Assembly (NCBI GenBank): GCA_963422735.1
Contig: OY730476.1
Location: 640,001-704,000, forward strand
DNA length: 64,000 bases
DNA from: Candidatus Latescibacterota bacterium
Lineage (GTDB): Bacteria > Latescibacterota > UBA2968 > UBA8231
Reading direction: 5' to 3'
Position 1 is the first letter of the stretch; each line of letters begins with the position of its first letter. The notes below the pieces were generated by a model, which was not told the DNA's origin, made no database searches, and saw only the letters and a program-made list of their open reading frames with translations. Positions 8,923-17,472 of this stretch are shown here, in pieces. The position numbers and the translations under genes were made by a program.

Positions 8923-10365
8923 ATGGGCTTGCGTAGTGCCGCCAAATTTAAAGAGGGCTTGCGCGACGGGCGCGAGGTGTATCATCGGGGGGAGCGGGTC
9001 GAAGACGTAACCGCGCATGACGACTTGGGAATTGGGGTGGATCACGTCGCCTTGGACTTTGAACTGGCCGAGGATCTAGCACACCGCGATCTGATGACTT
9101 GGATGGATGGAGAGTTGGGCGAACCGGTCAGTCGCTACTTTAAGACGCCGACGGATGCCGCGGATTTGCTCAACCGACGCGAGATGATTGAGCGTTCGAC
9201 GCGGCTGGGTAGCAGCGTGGTGTTGCTAATCAAGGAAATCGGCACCGATGCGCTCTTTGCCCTCGACTTGATCTCCGATCATTTGGACCAAAATGCTGGT
9301 GGGCAATACAACGCGCGCGTACAATCCTTCCACCGAGAGTGCAAGCAGTGCGACCTGAGCTTGGCAGTGGCCCAAACCGACGTAAAGGGCGACCGCAGTC
9401 TCTTGCCCTCGCAGCAAGCGCATCCCGACTACTATGTCCACATTGTCGAGGAGCGTAGCGATGGCATCGTGGTGCGCGGAGCCAAAGCCCATACGACATG
9501 CGCCCCGTATGTCGATGAACTCATCGTCTTGCCGACCCGTGCGCTCAAGGAGGCGGACGCGGCCTACGCTGTCGCCTTTGCCACACCGGTCAATACCCCA
9601 GGGATCAAGTTGATTGCCAGCCCCTTTGGCTCGCCTCCGGTGAGCCAGTTCCACCATCCCGTCAGTTACAAGCACCGCATGATCGACACGCTGACGATCT
9701 TCGACGATGTTTTTATTCCCAACGAGCGCGTCTTCCTCAAAGGGGAGTGGCAATACGCCGGGCCGCTGGCCAACGCCTTTGTCGAATTTCACCGTTTTAC
9801 GGCCGCCTCCTACAAACCGCCGCTTTGCGACCTCTTTATCGGGGCGGCGGCGCTCCTAGCCCAGTATAACGGCATCGCCAAGGCCGGCCACGTGCGCGAG
9901 AAACTGACCAAGCTCATCACCTATGCCGAGACCGTCCGAGGGCTGACCTTGGCCGCGGCCCACGATTGTCGCATTGCTGCAAACGGCACGGCCGTACCCA
10001 ATATCGTCTTCACCAACTTGGCCAAATTTCACTTTGCCAAGAACTATCACCAAGCCGTGTCTTGGGTCCAGGACATCGCCGGGGGGCTGGTGGTCACCGG
10101 GCCGTCGGAAGAGGATCTAGCCAATCCCGAGACCAAGGGTTATATCGAACACTTCTTGGGCGGTGGAAGCAGGGTCGATGCCGCAGCGCGGCTGAAGGCG
10201 ATCAACTTGGTGCGCGATCTGACAGCTTCAACTTTTGGCGGTTATAATGAGCTGCTGGCCATTCACGCTGAAGGCTCGTTGGAAACCCAGAAAATCACCA
10301 TACTACGCGATTACGACGTCGAGCGCTGTCTCCGGCTGGCCAAAGAGGCCATTGGCATAGATTGA
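8923..10365 (+). CDS. 4-hydroxyphenylacetate 3-hydroxylase / 4-hydroxybutyryl-CoA dehydratase superfamily flavoprotein
   Basis: LRDGREVY.RGERVEDVTAH, AQTDVKGDRS, GIVVRGAKAHTT, FDDVFIPNERVF, QDIAGG. Confidence 0.85.
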   Translation: MGLRSAAKFKEGLRDGREVYHRGERVEDVTAHDDLGIGVDHVALDFELAEDLAHRDLMTWMDGELGEPVSRYFKTPTDAADLLNRREMIERSTRLGSSVVLLIKEIGTDALFALDLISDHLDQNAGGQYNARVQSFHRECKQCDLSLAVAQTDVKGDRSLLPSQQAHPDYYVHIVEERSDGIVVRGAKAHTTCAPYVDELIVLPTRALKEADAAYAVAFATPVNTPGIKLIASPFGSPPVSQFHHPVSYKHRMIDTLTIFDDVFIPNERVFLKGEWQYAGPLANAFVEFHRFTAASYKPPLCDLFIGAAALLAQYNGIAKAGHVREKLTKLITYAETVRGLTLAAAHDCRIAANGTAVPNIVFTNLAKFHFAKNYHQAVSWVQDIAGGLVVTGPSEEDLANPETKGYIEHFLGGGSRVDAAARLKAINLVRDLTASTFGGYNELLAIHAEGSLETQKITILRDYDVERCLRLAKEAIGID

Positions 10366-10393
10366 GCCAAATAAATACATTAAAAAATAAGAG

Positions 10394-10422
10394 TTGATAA
10401 TATCGCATTCAGGCCCTATATT
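10394..10422 (+). promoter_or_regulatory. sigma70-type promoter for the sigma factor gene
   Basis: TTGATA-N17-TATATT preceded by an A-rich UP-like tract (10368-10390). Confidence 0.7.
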
Positions 10423-10562
10423 GAGCCGAATCCTCTGCTATTCGTTTCGGATGTACTCCCCCCCACATCCGAAACTCCCTACTCATCCATCAGGTGCCAT
10501 CATAGCTTAATGCAGCCATGAGTCCCCATGCTGGCTCATTAGCAAGTAGGAGGCGTCAAGTT

Positions 10563-11408
10563 ATGACTACCTTGCAGACCGATTCTATTGTGGATCAGTA
10601 TTTCCACGAGATCGAGGATTCTGTTGGGCTATCGTCCGAAGCCGAAGTGGCCATCGCTCAACAAATAAAAGAGGGCGATGAGGAGGCATTGTCCGATTTG
10701 GTTAAAGCCAATCTGCGCTTTGTCGTAAGCGTGGCGAAGCAATATCAGAATCTGGGCTTGCCGCTTTCGGATTTGATCAACGAGGGGAACTTGGGGCTTA
10801 TCATCGCCGCCAAGCGCTTTGACGGCACCAAAGGCTTCAAATTCATCTCCTATGCGGTGTGGTGGATCCGCCAGTCGATCCTGCAAGCGTTGGCCAATCA
10901 GTCGCGCATCGTGCGGCTGCCGCTAAATCGCATCGGCGAGTTGACACGCATCAACAGAGTACTCAACAAGCTCGAACAGGGGCTGGGGCGTCCCCCGGAA
11001 GCAGATGAAATAGCCGAAGAGCTAGAGGTCGAACCCGGCGATATGGATTTCCTGTTGCGGTTGGCCCAAAGGCCGGTTTCGCTGGAGATGCCCTGCGACG
11101 AATCCGAACCGGATCGCTGTTTCGGCGATCTGATTCCCGACCACAGCCAGCCTTCCAGCGACGAGACGCTCTCCACCGACGAGCTCAAAGCGGAAATTTT
11201 CAACGCCATGCACTCCCTGACCGAGGGCGAGGCGCGCGTCTTAAAGATGTATTACGGATTGGATGGGCACGATCCGATGACCTTGGAGAAGATCGGGGCC
11301 TATGTCGGGCGTACGCGGGAGCGGGTGCGGCAAATCAAGGAAAAGGCCCTGCAGAAGCTCCGTCATCCCGCTCGCTGCGACTCCCTCAAGGAGTACTACG
11401 CGGATTAA
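10563..11408 (+). CDS. RpoD/SigA-family RNA polymerase sigma factor lacking region 1.1
   Basis: ANLRFVVSVAKQY, DLINEGNLGL, KFISYAVWWIRQSI, TRERVRQIKEKAL; AGGAGG RBS before ATG 10563. Confidence 0.93.
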   Translation: MTTLQTDSIVDQYFHEIEDSVGLSSEAEVAIAQQIKEGDEEALSDLVKANLRFVVSVAKQYQNLGLPLSDLINEGNLGLIIAAKRFDGTKGFKFISYAVWWIRQSILQALANQSRIVRLPLNRIGELTRINRVLNKLEQGLGRPPEADEIAEELEVEPGDMDFLLRLAQRPVSLEMPCDESEPDRCFGDLIPDHSQPSSDETLSTDELKAEIFNAMHSLTEGEARVLKMYYGLDGHDPMTLEKIGAYVGRTRERVRQIKEKALQKLRHPARCDSLKEYYAD

Positions 11409-11479
11409 GCGTCCGCAGGCGGCTGGCGTCTCGGCCTTATTTGATTTTTGCCCGAGTTTTCGTTAGTATATTTGTCCAT

Positions 11480-11555
11480 TCCGCGGTAGCTCAGCTGGCA
11501 GAGCGGGTGGCTGTTAACCACTTGGTCGTAGGTTCGAATCCTACCCGCGGAGCCA
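11480..11555 (+). tRNA. tRNA-Asn(GTT)
   Basis: 76-nt cloverleaf: TCCGCGG acceptor stem, D arm TAGCTCAGCTGGCAGAGC, anticodon loop CT-GTT-AA, GGTTCGAATCC, encoded CCA. TTGATT-N17-TAGTAT lies upstream. Confidence 0.97.
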
Positions 11556-11589
11556 ATTTTTCGACCGTCAACACCTGCGGCTCTATAGT

Positions 11590-11635
11590 TAATGAAAAGA
11601 CCCCGAAGGGCGATCCTCTCGGGGTCTTTTCGTTA
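11590..11635. terminator. intrinsic (bidirectional) terminator after tRNA-Asn
   Basis: GAAAAGACCCCGA...TCGGGGTCTTTTC long stem with A and T tracts on both sides. Confidence 0.85.
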
Positions 11636-11676
11636 ATGGCGTATTATCAAGGACTTACACCTCCCCACCCATCCAC

Positions 11677-11964
11677 TATCGTTCTCTGGTTCGCCAAGTC
11701 CACAAGCAGGAGCCGCTCATCCTCGCGGCGTTCGGCATCAGCGAGACCCGGCAGCGGAACCACACCCTACCGGTGCGCGACGACCTAATCCGCGACATCG
11801 GGACCACGGACCAGCTCAACCGCTTCGACCGGCCCGCAGTCATCGAGATCGCCGAATTCCTCGGCTTCCACGAGACGGTCCGCTGGATCGAAGCGCACCA
11901 CGGCCAATACGCCGAAGGGCTGTTCAAGGGGTTCGTGGTCGACAATAAAGAAGGGAAACGCTGA
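11677..11964 (+). pseudogene. fused remnant: amidoligase-like fragment plus DUF5049-like fragment
   Basis: RSLVRQVHKQEPLILAAFGISETRQRNHTLP followed in frame by NRFDRPAVIEIAEFLGFHETVRWIEAHHGQYAEGLFKGF. No upstream start; families recognised from memory. Confidence 0.55.
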
Positions 11965-12131
11965 TGTGCGGGCAGGCTGGCATCATCTTGGGTCAGAAGC
12001 GGCGGTGCGCCATCCTCTATGCCTCCGATTCCGCATACTTGGATGGGGAGCGCGTCTGGTGCGAGCTGGGCATTCCTCCGATGAGCTTGACGGTGTTTCC
12101 GGCACCGGATGCTGACGGACTTCTCGATTGA
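11964..12131 (+). pseudogene. class II glutamine amidotransferase collapsed to 55 codons
   Basis: TGATG-coupled start; MCGQAGIILG (Ntn Cys2 start) joined directly to a C-terminal-like AILYASDSAYLD...ELGIPPMSLTVF. Confidence 0.6.
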
Positions 12132-12230
12132 GCCGTTGGAGTTCGTCGCGCAGGCCAGGACCGTCTAAACCTTTGGCGGACGGGCGCGACCCGCTGTCTT
12201 GGGAGGCGGTGCTTTCCGGGATGTGCCGGC

Positions 12231-12640
12231 TCAAGAAAGCTCAGTCCGGGCACTTTCCACCTCGCCAGCGTCGATCTCGGCGGCGTCAGCCCCCGCGATC
12301 TGGTCCGCCAACATCTGCCCGTACGGCGGGAAACTGGAGCGTTCAACTCGCGTCTCCGGCTCCCAGAGCCGCGCTCGAACAAGGGCCTTGGCGCAGTGAA
12401 GGAATGCTTCTTCTACCCCCACCTTGAGGACAAAGATGGGCAACCTGCCTGGATGGCCAAAGGCTTCAGCCGTTCCGGGTCGGTGGAAATCTCCGCCAGC
12501 CGGTTGATCCGAAGCGTCTCGTTCATCCCCGGCATGAAGAACACCGAGCCCACGTAGGGGCGTTCGACCAAGTTCATCAACGTGTCCGCTTGACGGTTTC
12601 CGGGCCGGTTGGGCAGTAGCAACGTCTTGTTGTCGAGTTA
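12231..12640 (-). pseudogene. pyridoxamine 5'-phosphate oxidase-family (FMN-binding) pseudogene
   Basis: LLLPNRPGNRQADTLMNL...FFMPGMNETLRIN in one frame and VEEAFLHCAKALVRARLW in another; 5' end missing. Confidence 0.8.
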
Positions 12641-12734
12641 CGTAAGCAAGAAACTCGCGCCACGCAGGTGACATAATCCCGATCCAGCCGATCCGGTCGT
12701 TTGCGTTTGCGCAACGGGCTAAAGGCCCCGCGCT

Positions 12735-13790
12735 TCATTCAAAGAGGGCAGCGTATTCGCCATAGCCTTCCTTGGCTAAATCTTCGACGAGAATAAAACG
12801 CAAGGCCGCCGAATTGATGCAGTAGCGTAGCCCGGTGGGGGCCGGGCCGTCGGCAAAGACGTGCCCGAGATGCGAGTCGGCGTATTTGCTGCGGACCTCG
12901 ACGCGGGTCATAAACAGCGAATTGTCGGTGTGTTCAACGATGTGATCCGGCTCTAGGGGCTGGGTAAAGCTAGGCCAGCCAGTACCGGATTTGAACTTGT
13001 GCTGCGAGCTAAAAAGGGGTTCGCCAGAAACGATATCGACGTAGATGCCCGCTGTCTTGTTGTCCCAATACAAGTTGTGGAAGGGTCGCTCGGTGGCGTT
13101 TTCCTGCGTGACCCGAAATTGCAAGTCCGTGAGCTTGGTGTGCAAGGTGTTGATGGGAAGTTTAGCGTATTGGGCACTGGCCGTTAAGGCCGGGAGGTCT
13201 TTGTCCCACGTCTCTTCGATAAAGCGGTCGCGGCCTGATCCCCGGCGATAGCGCTTGTAGTGCTGGGGGCTCTGTAGGTAGTAGTCTTGGTGGTACTCCT
13301 CGGCCGGATAAAAGGTGGTGGCTGGGCGGATGGGTGTAACGATGGGTTTGTCAAAGCGTCCCGACGCGTCGAGGGCTTGTTTGCTGGCTTCGGCTAAGGT
13401 GCGTTGCTCTTCGTCGTGGTAAAATATGGCCGAGGTATATTGATGGCCGCGGTCGTAAAAGGACCCTCCTCGATCGGTGGGATCGAACTGACGCCAGTAG
13501 ATGTCGAGGAGCTGGCTATAGGAGACGACCTCGGGGTCAAAGATGACCAGTACGGACTCTATGTGCTTGGTCGCGCCGGAGCTGACTTGCTTGTAAGTCG
13601 GGTTTACGCGCTCGCCGCCGGTGTAGCCGGAAACGGCTGAAATGACCCCCTCGACCTTGTCAAAAGGTGCTTCGATGCACCAGAAACATCCCCCGGCAAA
13701 CGTCGCTTGGGCGTAGTTTTGGGCGCGACTGGTTTGAATGCTAAGCACACACAGGGCCGCGCCGGTCAGAATGAGTAGTTTGGCGTTCAT
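12735..13790 (-). CDS. msrAB: exported bifunctional methionine sulfoxide reductase MsrA/MsrB
   Basis: Signal peptide, FAGGCFWC (MsrA), [17 protein letters not shown] and RYCINSAAL (MsrB); AGGAGG RBS. Confidence 0.95.
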   Translation of the reverse strand: MNAKLLILTGAALCVLSIQTSRAQNYAQATFAGGCFWCIEAPFDKVEGVISAVSGYTGGERVNPTYKQVSSGATKHIESVLVIFDPEVVSYSQLLDIYWRQFDPTDRGGSFYDRGHQYTSAIFYHDEEQRTLAEASKQALDASGRFDKPIVTPIRPATTFYPAEEYHQDYYLQSPQHYKRYRRGSGRDRFIEETWDKDLPALTASAQYAKLPINTLHTKLTDLQFRVTQENATERPFHNLYWDNKTAGIYVDIVSGEPLFSSQHKFKSGTGWPSFTQPLEPDHIVEHTDNSLFMTRVEVRSKYADSHLGHVFADGPAPTGLRYCINSAALRFILVEDLAKEGYGEYAALFE

Positions 13791-13959
13791 GGCTCCTCCT
13801 TTTGAGTTGGTTTTTTATAAACGCTCCAAGTATGCCAAAAGGTTCGCAATATGTAAGAAGCGGTCTGAACATTAGTCTGCACAAAAAGTGCGCCGGAAGA
13901 AAGTTGACAGCCTATGCGAAAACAGCCTTATTTTCGCGCTCTAAGTTCGCAGTAGGACG

Positions 13960-14472
13960 ATGAACGAGGGTACCCAAACAACCGTCAAAGTGCTGCGCGA
14001 GCAGCTAGTGAACGCACGCCAGGTACGCGACTTGGGCTTGTTGCGCGATGTGGAGGAGGGATTGCGCCAGCTATGCGCGGTCGGCTACCGCTGTTGTCTG
14101 GTCGATTTCGATAGCTGCCGGCTGCGCTATTACGTCCGCCTCTTGGGCTACGAACAGGCGCGGGTCAAAGCGCAGATCGAGTTTCCCATCTCCCAAGACG
14201 TCGCCCCGGTGCAGTGGCTGCCACTGTCGCATCTAGCCGATTACGGAGAGGCCGAGAATGCCCAAAGCATTCGCCGCATATACGAGGGGATGGCCCACTA
14301 CATCCAACATAAGTCGCCGACGCTGCAAGTGGGGACGCTGGCTCTCAGTCGGCCTAGGCGGCAACCGCCTAAAAGACCGCAACGACGCACGCAAAACAGG
14401 GTTTGGTTTTACTTGGGCGGCTTGGTCGCATTAGCGGTCCTCGCCAGCCTCATTGCTTGGGGGAGCCTGTGA
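13960..14472 (+). CDS. hypothetical protein with C-terminal membrane anchor
   Basis: ATG with AGGA RBS; basic linker followed by a terminal TM helix; TGATG overlap with the next gene. Confidence 0.6.
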   Translation: MNEGTQTTVKVLREQLVNARQVRDLGLLRDVEEGLRQLCAVGYRCCLVDFDSCRLRYYVRLLGYEQARVKAQIEFPISQDVAPVQWLPLSHLADYGEAENAQSIRRIYEGMAHYIQHKSPTLQVGTLALSRPRRQPPKRPQRRTQNRVWFYLGGLVALAVLASLIAWGSL

Positions 14473-15134
14473 TGATAAAGAACAATTTTCGACCTTGGGG
14501 CCGATCTGTGTGGAGATGTGCTTGGATCCTCGGGGTTATCGGGTGCAGCCAAAATTTCAGCGACGAGGAGCCGGCGGCGGCCATGGCCGAGCGGGGATTC
14601 GTCGCCCGGTCCACAACGCCAACCAGTACGACGCCAGCGTACCCTTTGGGTCAGGCGAGTGGACGACAGGCGCTGGGGCCTCTCAGTGCGGTGGCCCCCA
14701 AGGGTTGGGTGGCGCAGCAGCCGTCCAGCTCCATGCGGGTGGCCCAATACGGCCTCCCCGGCCCGGCCGGAGAAGCGACGCTGGGCATATTTTTCTTCGG
14801 CCCGGGGCAAGGCGGAAGCGTAGAGGCCAACATCGATCGTTGGTTCGGCCAGTTCAAGCAGAAGGACGGCCAGCCGGCCCAAGGCCGGCGTTGGACGCGG
14901 CAGGTGGGGGAGATCGAAATAACCGGAGTTGATGTCAGCGGCACCTTCTCCGGGGGAATGGGGATGGGGAGCGCGGAGCCCCAATCCGGATACCGGATGC
15001 TCGGGGCCATAGCTGTCCACCGCTCGGGCACGGTGTTTTTCAAGATGATTGGACCGGCCCAGACCGTCGAACAATGGGCCGCCAGCTTTGATGAGTTCTT
15101 AGGCAGTTTACAAGTTGGCTTACTCGAGCCTTGA
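14472..15134 (+). CDS. hypothetical lipoprotein
   Basis: Lipobox-like GVIGC; conserved-looking PSSSMRVAQY, GGSVEANIDRWFGQF and FFKMIGP motifs. Confidence 0.7.
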   Translation: MIKNNFRPWGRSVWRCAWILGVIGCSQNFSDEEPAAAMAERGFVARSTTPTSTTPAYPLGQASGRQALGPLSAVAPKGWVAQQPSSSMRVAQYGLPGPAGEATLGIFFFGPGQGGSVEANIDRWFGQFKQKDGQPAQGRRWTRQVGEIEITGVDVSGTFSGGMGMGSAEPQSGYRMLGAIAVHRSGTVFFKMIGPAQTVEQWAASFDEFLGSLQVGLLEP

Positions 15135-15146
15135 ATGTGAGGGAAC

Positions 15147-15989
15147 ATGTACACGCAATTAGAAGACGAGTTTGGCGACATCATTGCCAAGGCCCGGCGT
15201 GGACAGGAGATTTCGGTCACAGCACTGGCAGCTCAGGTAGGATTGACAGCCGAGGATATTGCAGGGATCGAAAATTACGAGATCGTCCCGGCTTCAGATA
15301 CCATAGAGCGGCTGGCCCAAGCCCTCGGGTTGCACCCGGGCAAGTTGCAGGCAAGCGCAGCGCAGGCATTTTTCCCGCGCCATCCGGCGGGTCGCTCAAT
15401 GGCCGGGGTGCAAGTGGAAATGATGGTGCTCGGCAGCGGCTTTCTGATGAACGGCTACATTGTCGGCTGTGCGGCAACGGGACAAGCTGCGGTCATAGAC
15501 CCAGGGTTCGACGCGGATAAAATTCTCCAGTGCTTGGCCATCTCTGGGCTAAAGGTCGAACAGATATTGCTGACGCACGGCCACCAAGACCACATCGGCG
15601 CCCTCGCCGAGATTAGTCGCGCCACGGGCGCACCGGCGCGGATCCACCGCGGCGACTTGGCCCTAATGGGCAGCTTGGCCGCTCAGATAGTAGGTGAACT
15701 AGAAGAAGGCGAAGTCGTGCACATCGGCAAATTGCGCTTTGAGGTTTGCTCCACACCTGGGCATACTGCGGGTGGCATCAGCTTAGTCCACGAGGAAATG
15801 GCCTTTGTCGGGGACGCGCTTTTCGCCGGTTCGCTCGGGGGCCTTCGCAGTGTGGCTAACTACCGGATGCAGCACCAAGCAGTGGCCGAGAAGCTACTCG
15901 GTCTAGACGAAGAAACCGCGCTCTTCCCCGGGCACGGGCCGGCGACTACAGTCGGCGAAGAAAAGGCGCACAACCCGTTTTTCTTATAA
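15147..15989 (+). CDS. XRE-type HTH fused to an MBL-fold metallo-hydrolase (glyoxalase II-like)
   Basis: N-terminal HTH (IAKARRGQEISVTALA...LAQALGL); THGHQDH, TPGHT, GDALF, PGHG. Confidence 0.85.
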   Translation: MYTQLEDEFGDIIAKARRGQEISVTALAAQVGLTAEDIAGIENYEIVPASDTIERLAQALGLHPGKLQASAAQAFFPRHPAGRSMAGVQVEMMVLGSGFLMNGYIVGCAATGQAAVIDPGFDADKILQCLAISGLKVEQILLTHGHQDHIGALAEISRATGAPARIHRGDLALMGSLAAQIVGELEEGEVVHIGKLRFEVCSTPGHTAGGISLVHEEMAFVGDALFAGSLGGLRSVANYRMQHQAVAEKLLGLDEETALFPGHGPATTVGEEKAHNPFFL

Positions 15990-16013
15990 GACGCCAAAAC
16001 GGCGTTGGGTCCA

Positions 16014-16829
16014 TTACGGGGGGTCTGCCGCTGGGCGGGGGCTGCCCGTTTCTTTTTCTTCATTGAGTGCCCAGTCGTAGTCGTTGTATTCGATGGCTAG
16101 GTCCTCGGTCAGCCCAGCGGCTAGGTCCGGGGGAAGGTCCGGGCGCAGGTAATTGACGATGGTGGGCATGTTCTCGGGATTGGGGCGGTCGGGCGGGAAC
16201 CAACCCGAGAAGTCTTTCCCGTACCAGTCGAGAATTTTGGACAGGTAGAGCCGCTTCTCTTGCAAGCGCACGTGGTTGGGGTCTTGGGCAAAGCGCGTTA
16301 GCGCTCGTTCCAAGCGGGCGTCGAGATCGGGGGCGGTAAAGGCTCGGTTTTCCAGTTGCGGGCAACTAAGGGCCGCGCAGTTGACTGCAAAGTGGATGCG
16401 CGGCTCTTGGTAGGTTGGGCGGATAATTTTGTTTTCAACGTGATCCAGCGTCATCTTGTGTCCCCCAGCGACAAAGGTCTGGCGGTTGAAAAAGCCGCCA
16501 AAGACAAAAGCGTCCTTGACGCTAGCGATGGGATAGGCGTCAATGACGCCTCGTAGGGTAAAGGCGTTGTACGCATTGATCCAGTAGGCCAGCTCGTGTT
16601 CACGGGTGGGGAAGCGGTCGGGATGGCTTTCGGGGCTGCAGTGGCCGAGGCTATCGACATAGGCGTCGAGTTGGGCACGGTTTTTGGCTAGGGCGGCGTA
16701 GCGGACTAAGCCTTGGTCATTGACGTACTCTTGCAGTACTTGGTCAAAGGGGCCGTGGTCAAAGGGCGGGGCCGCGCAAAGGGCGGCCGGGACGAGCAGC
16801 CACAAGGTCAGAAAATAAAGTGAGCGCAT
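16014..16829 (-). CDS. secreted DUF547-domain protein
   Basis: Signal peptide; LAYWINAYNA, EPRIHFAVNCAALSCP, SKILDWYGKDF, YDWALN. Confidence 0.9.
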   Translation of the reverse strand: MRSLYFLTLWLLVPAALCAAPPFDHGPFDQVLQEYVNDQGLVRYAALAKNRAQLDAYVDSLGHCSPESHPDRFPTREHELAYWINAYNAFTLRGVIDAYPIASVKDAFVFGGFFNRQTFVAGGHKMTLDHVENKIIRPTYQEPRIHFAVNCAALSCPQLENRAFTAPDLDARLERALTRFAQDPNHVRLQEKRLYLSKILDWYGKDFSGWFPPDRPNPENMPTIVNYLRPDLPPDLAAGLTEDLAIEYNDYDWALNEEKETGSPRPAADPP

Positions 16830-16989
16830 GGTTTTTCCAATGGGTTAGGATAGGGATGAAAATGCCTCCGCTAGGGGGCAATCTATATTATATTCGACGT
16901 TGTGCAATAACTCCACACGCCTTCCCAATTCTCCACTCACTCTACCCAGAATCTTTACAACCAGAACAGAATTAGAGAGGCGAGCCAAT

Positions 16990-17469
16990 ACAGTCATGGG
17001 CGCGTCCATTCTGCCCGATATTTTGCGCGATGAAGGGGGCGATGTGGGCATGGCGGAGAATACCCTGCGGCGCAATTACCCCATGCGGTGCGTGCAAAAT
17101 GCGCGGTTCGGTTGCATTTTCAACCCTTGGTCCGATGGCGGGCGAGCGTTTCGCAATGAGTTCTAGAATGGCGGTCTTGGCAGGCGATGAAAGAAGCAGC
17201 GGCCAGCGATCCAGAATTGGCAGTGTGCAACCATTTGTTTACGTATCTCTTACTAGAAGAACTTTGCGACTTTGAGAACGACCCCAATGCGCTGAACAAC
17301 CTGATTGATGATCCCATGAAATTCAGGGTCTGAGAAATGCGCTTGAGGAATGGATGGTGGCGACAGGCGTCCGGCACTCAACGCGTTTCGTGGTCGCGCA
17401 TCGCAGCAGGCACTGGATGATTTGATGGATTACCTAGCGGATGCGATTGGCAAGCATGCGGACGAATAG
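16990..17469 (+). pseudogene. sulfatase (N-sulfoglucosamine sulfohydrolase-like) C-terminal remnant
   Basis: Across shifting frames: NYPMRCVQNARFGCIFNPWSDG, AMKEAAASDPELA...EELCDFENDPNALNNLIDDP, LEEWMVATG, PALNAF...; ends with TAG 17467-17469, just before the next gene. Confidence 0.65.
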
Positions 17470-17472
17470 AGG

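Noticed and set aside
8923-10365. Calling this abfD or hpaB
   Set aside because: The Fe-S cysteines are absent and no reductase partner is adjacent; neither name is supported.
11441-11788. 115-aa ORF spanning the tRNA
   Set aside because: It overlaps tRNA-Asn and its terminator, so it is spurious.
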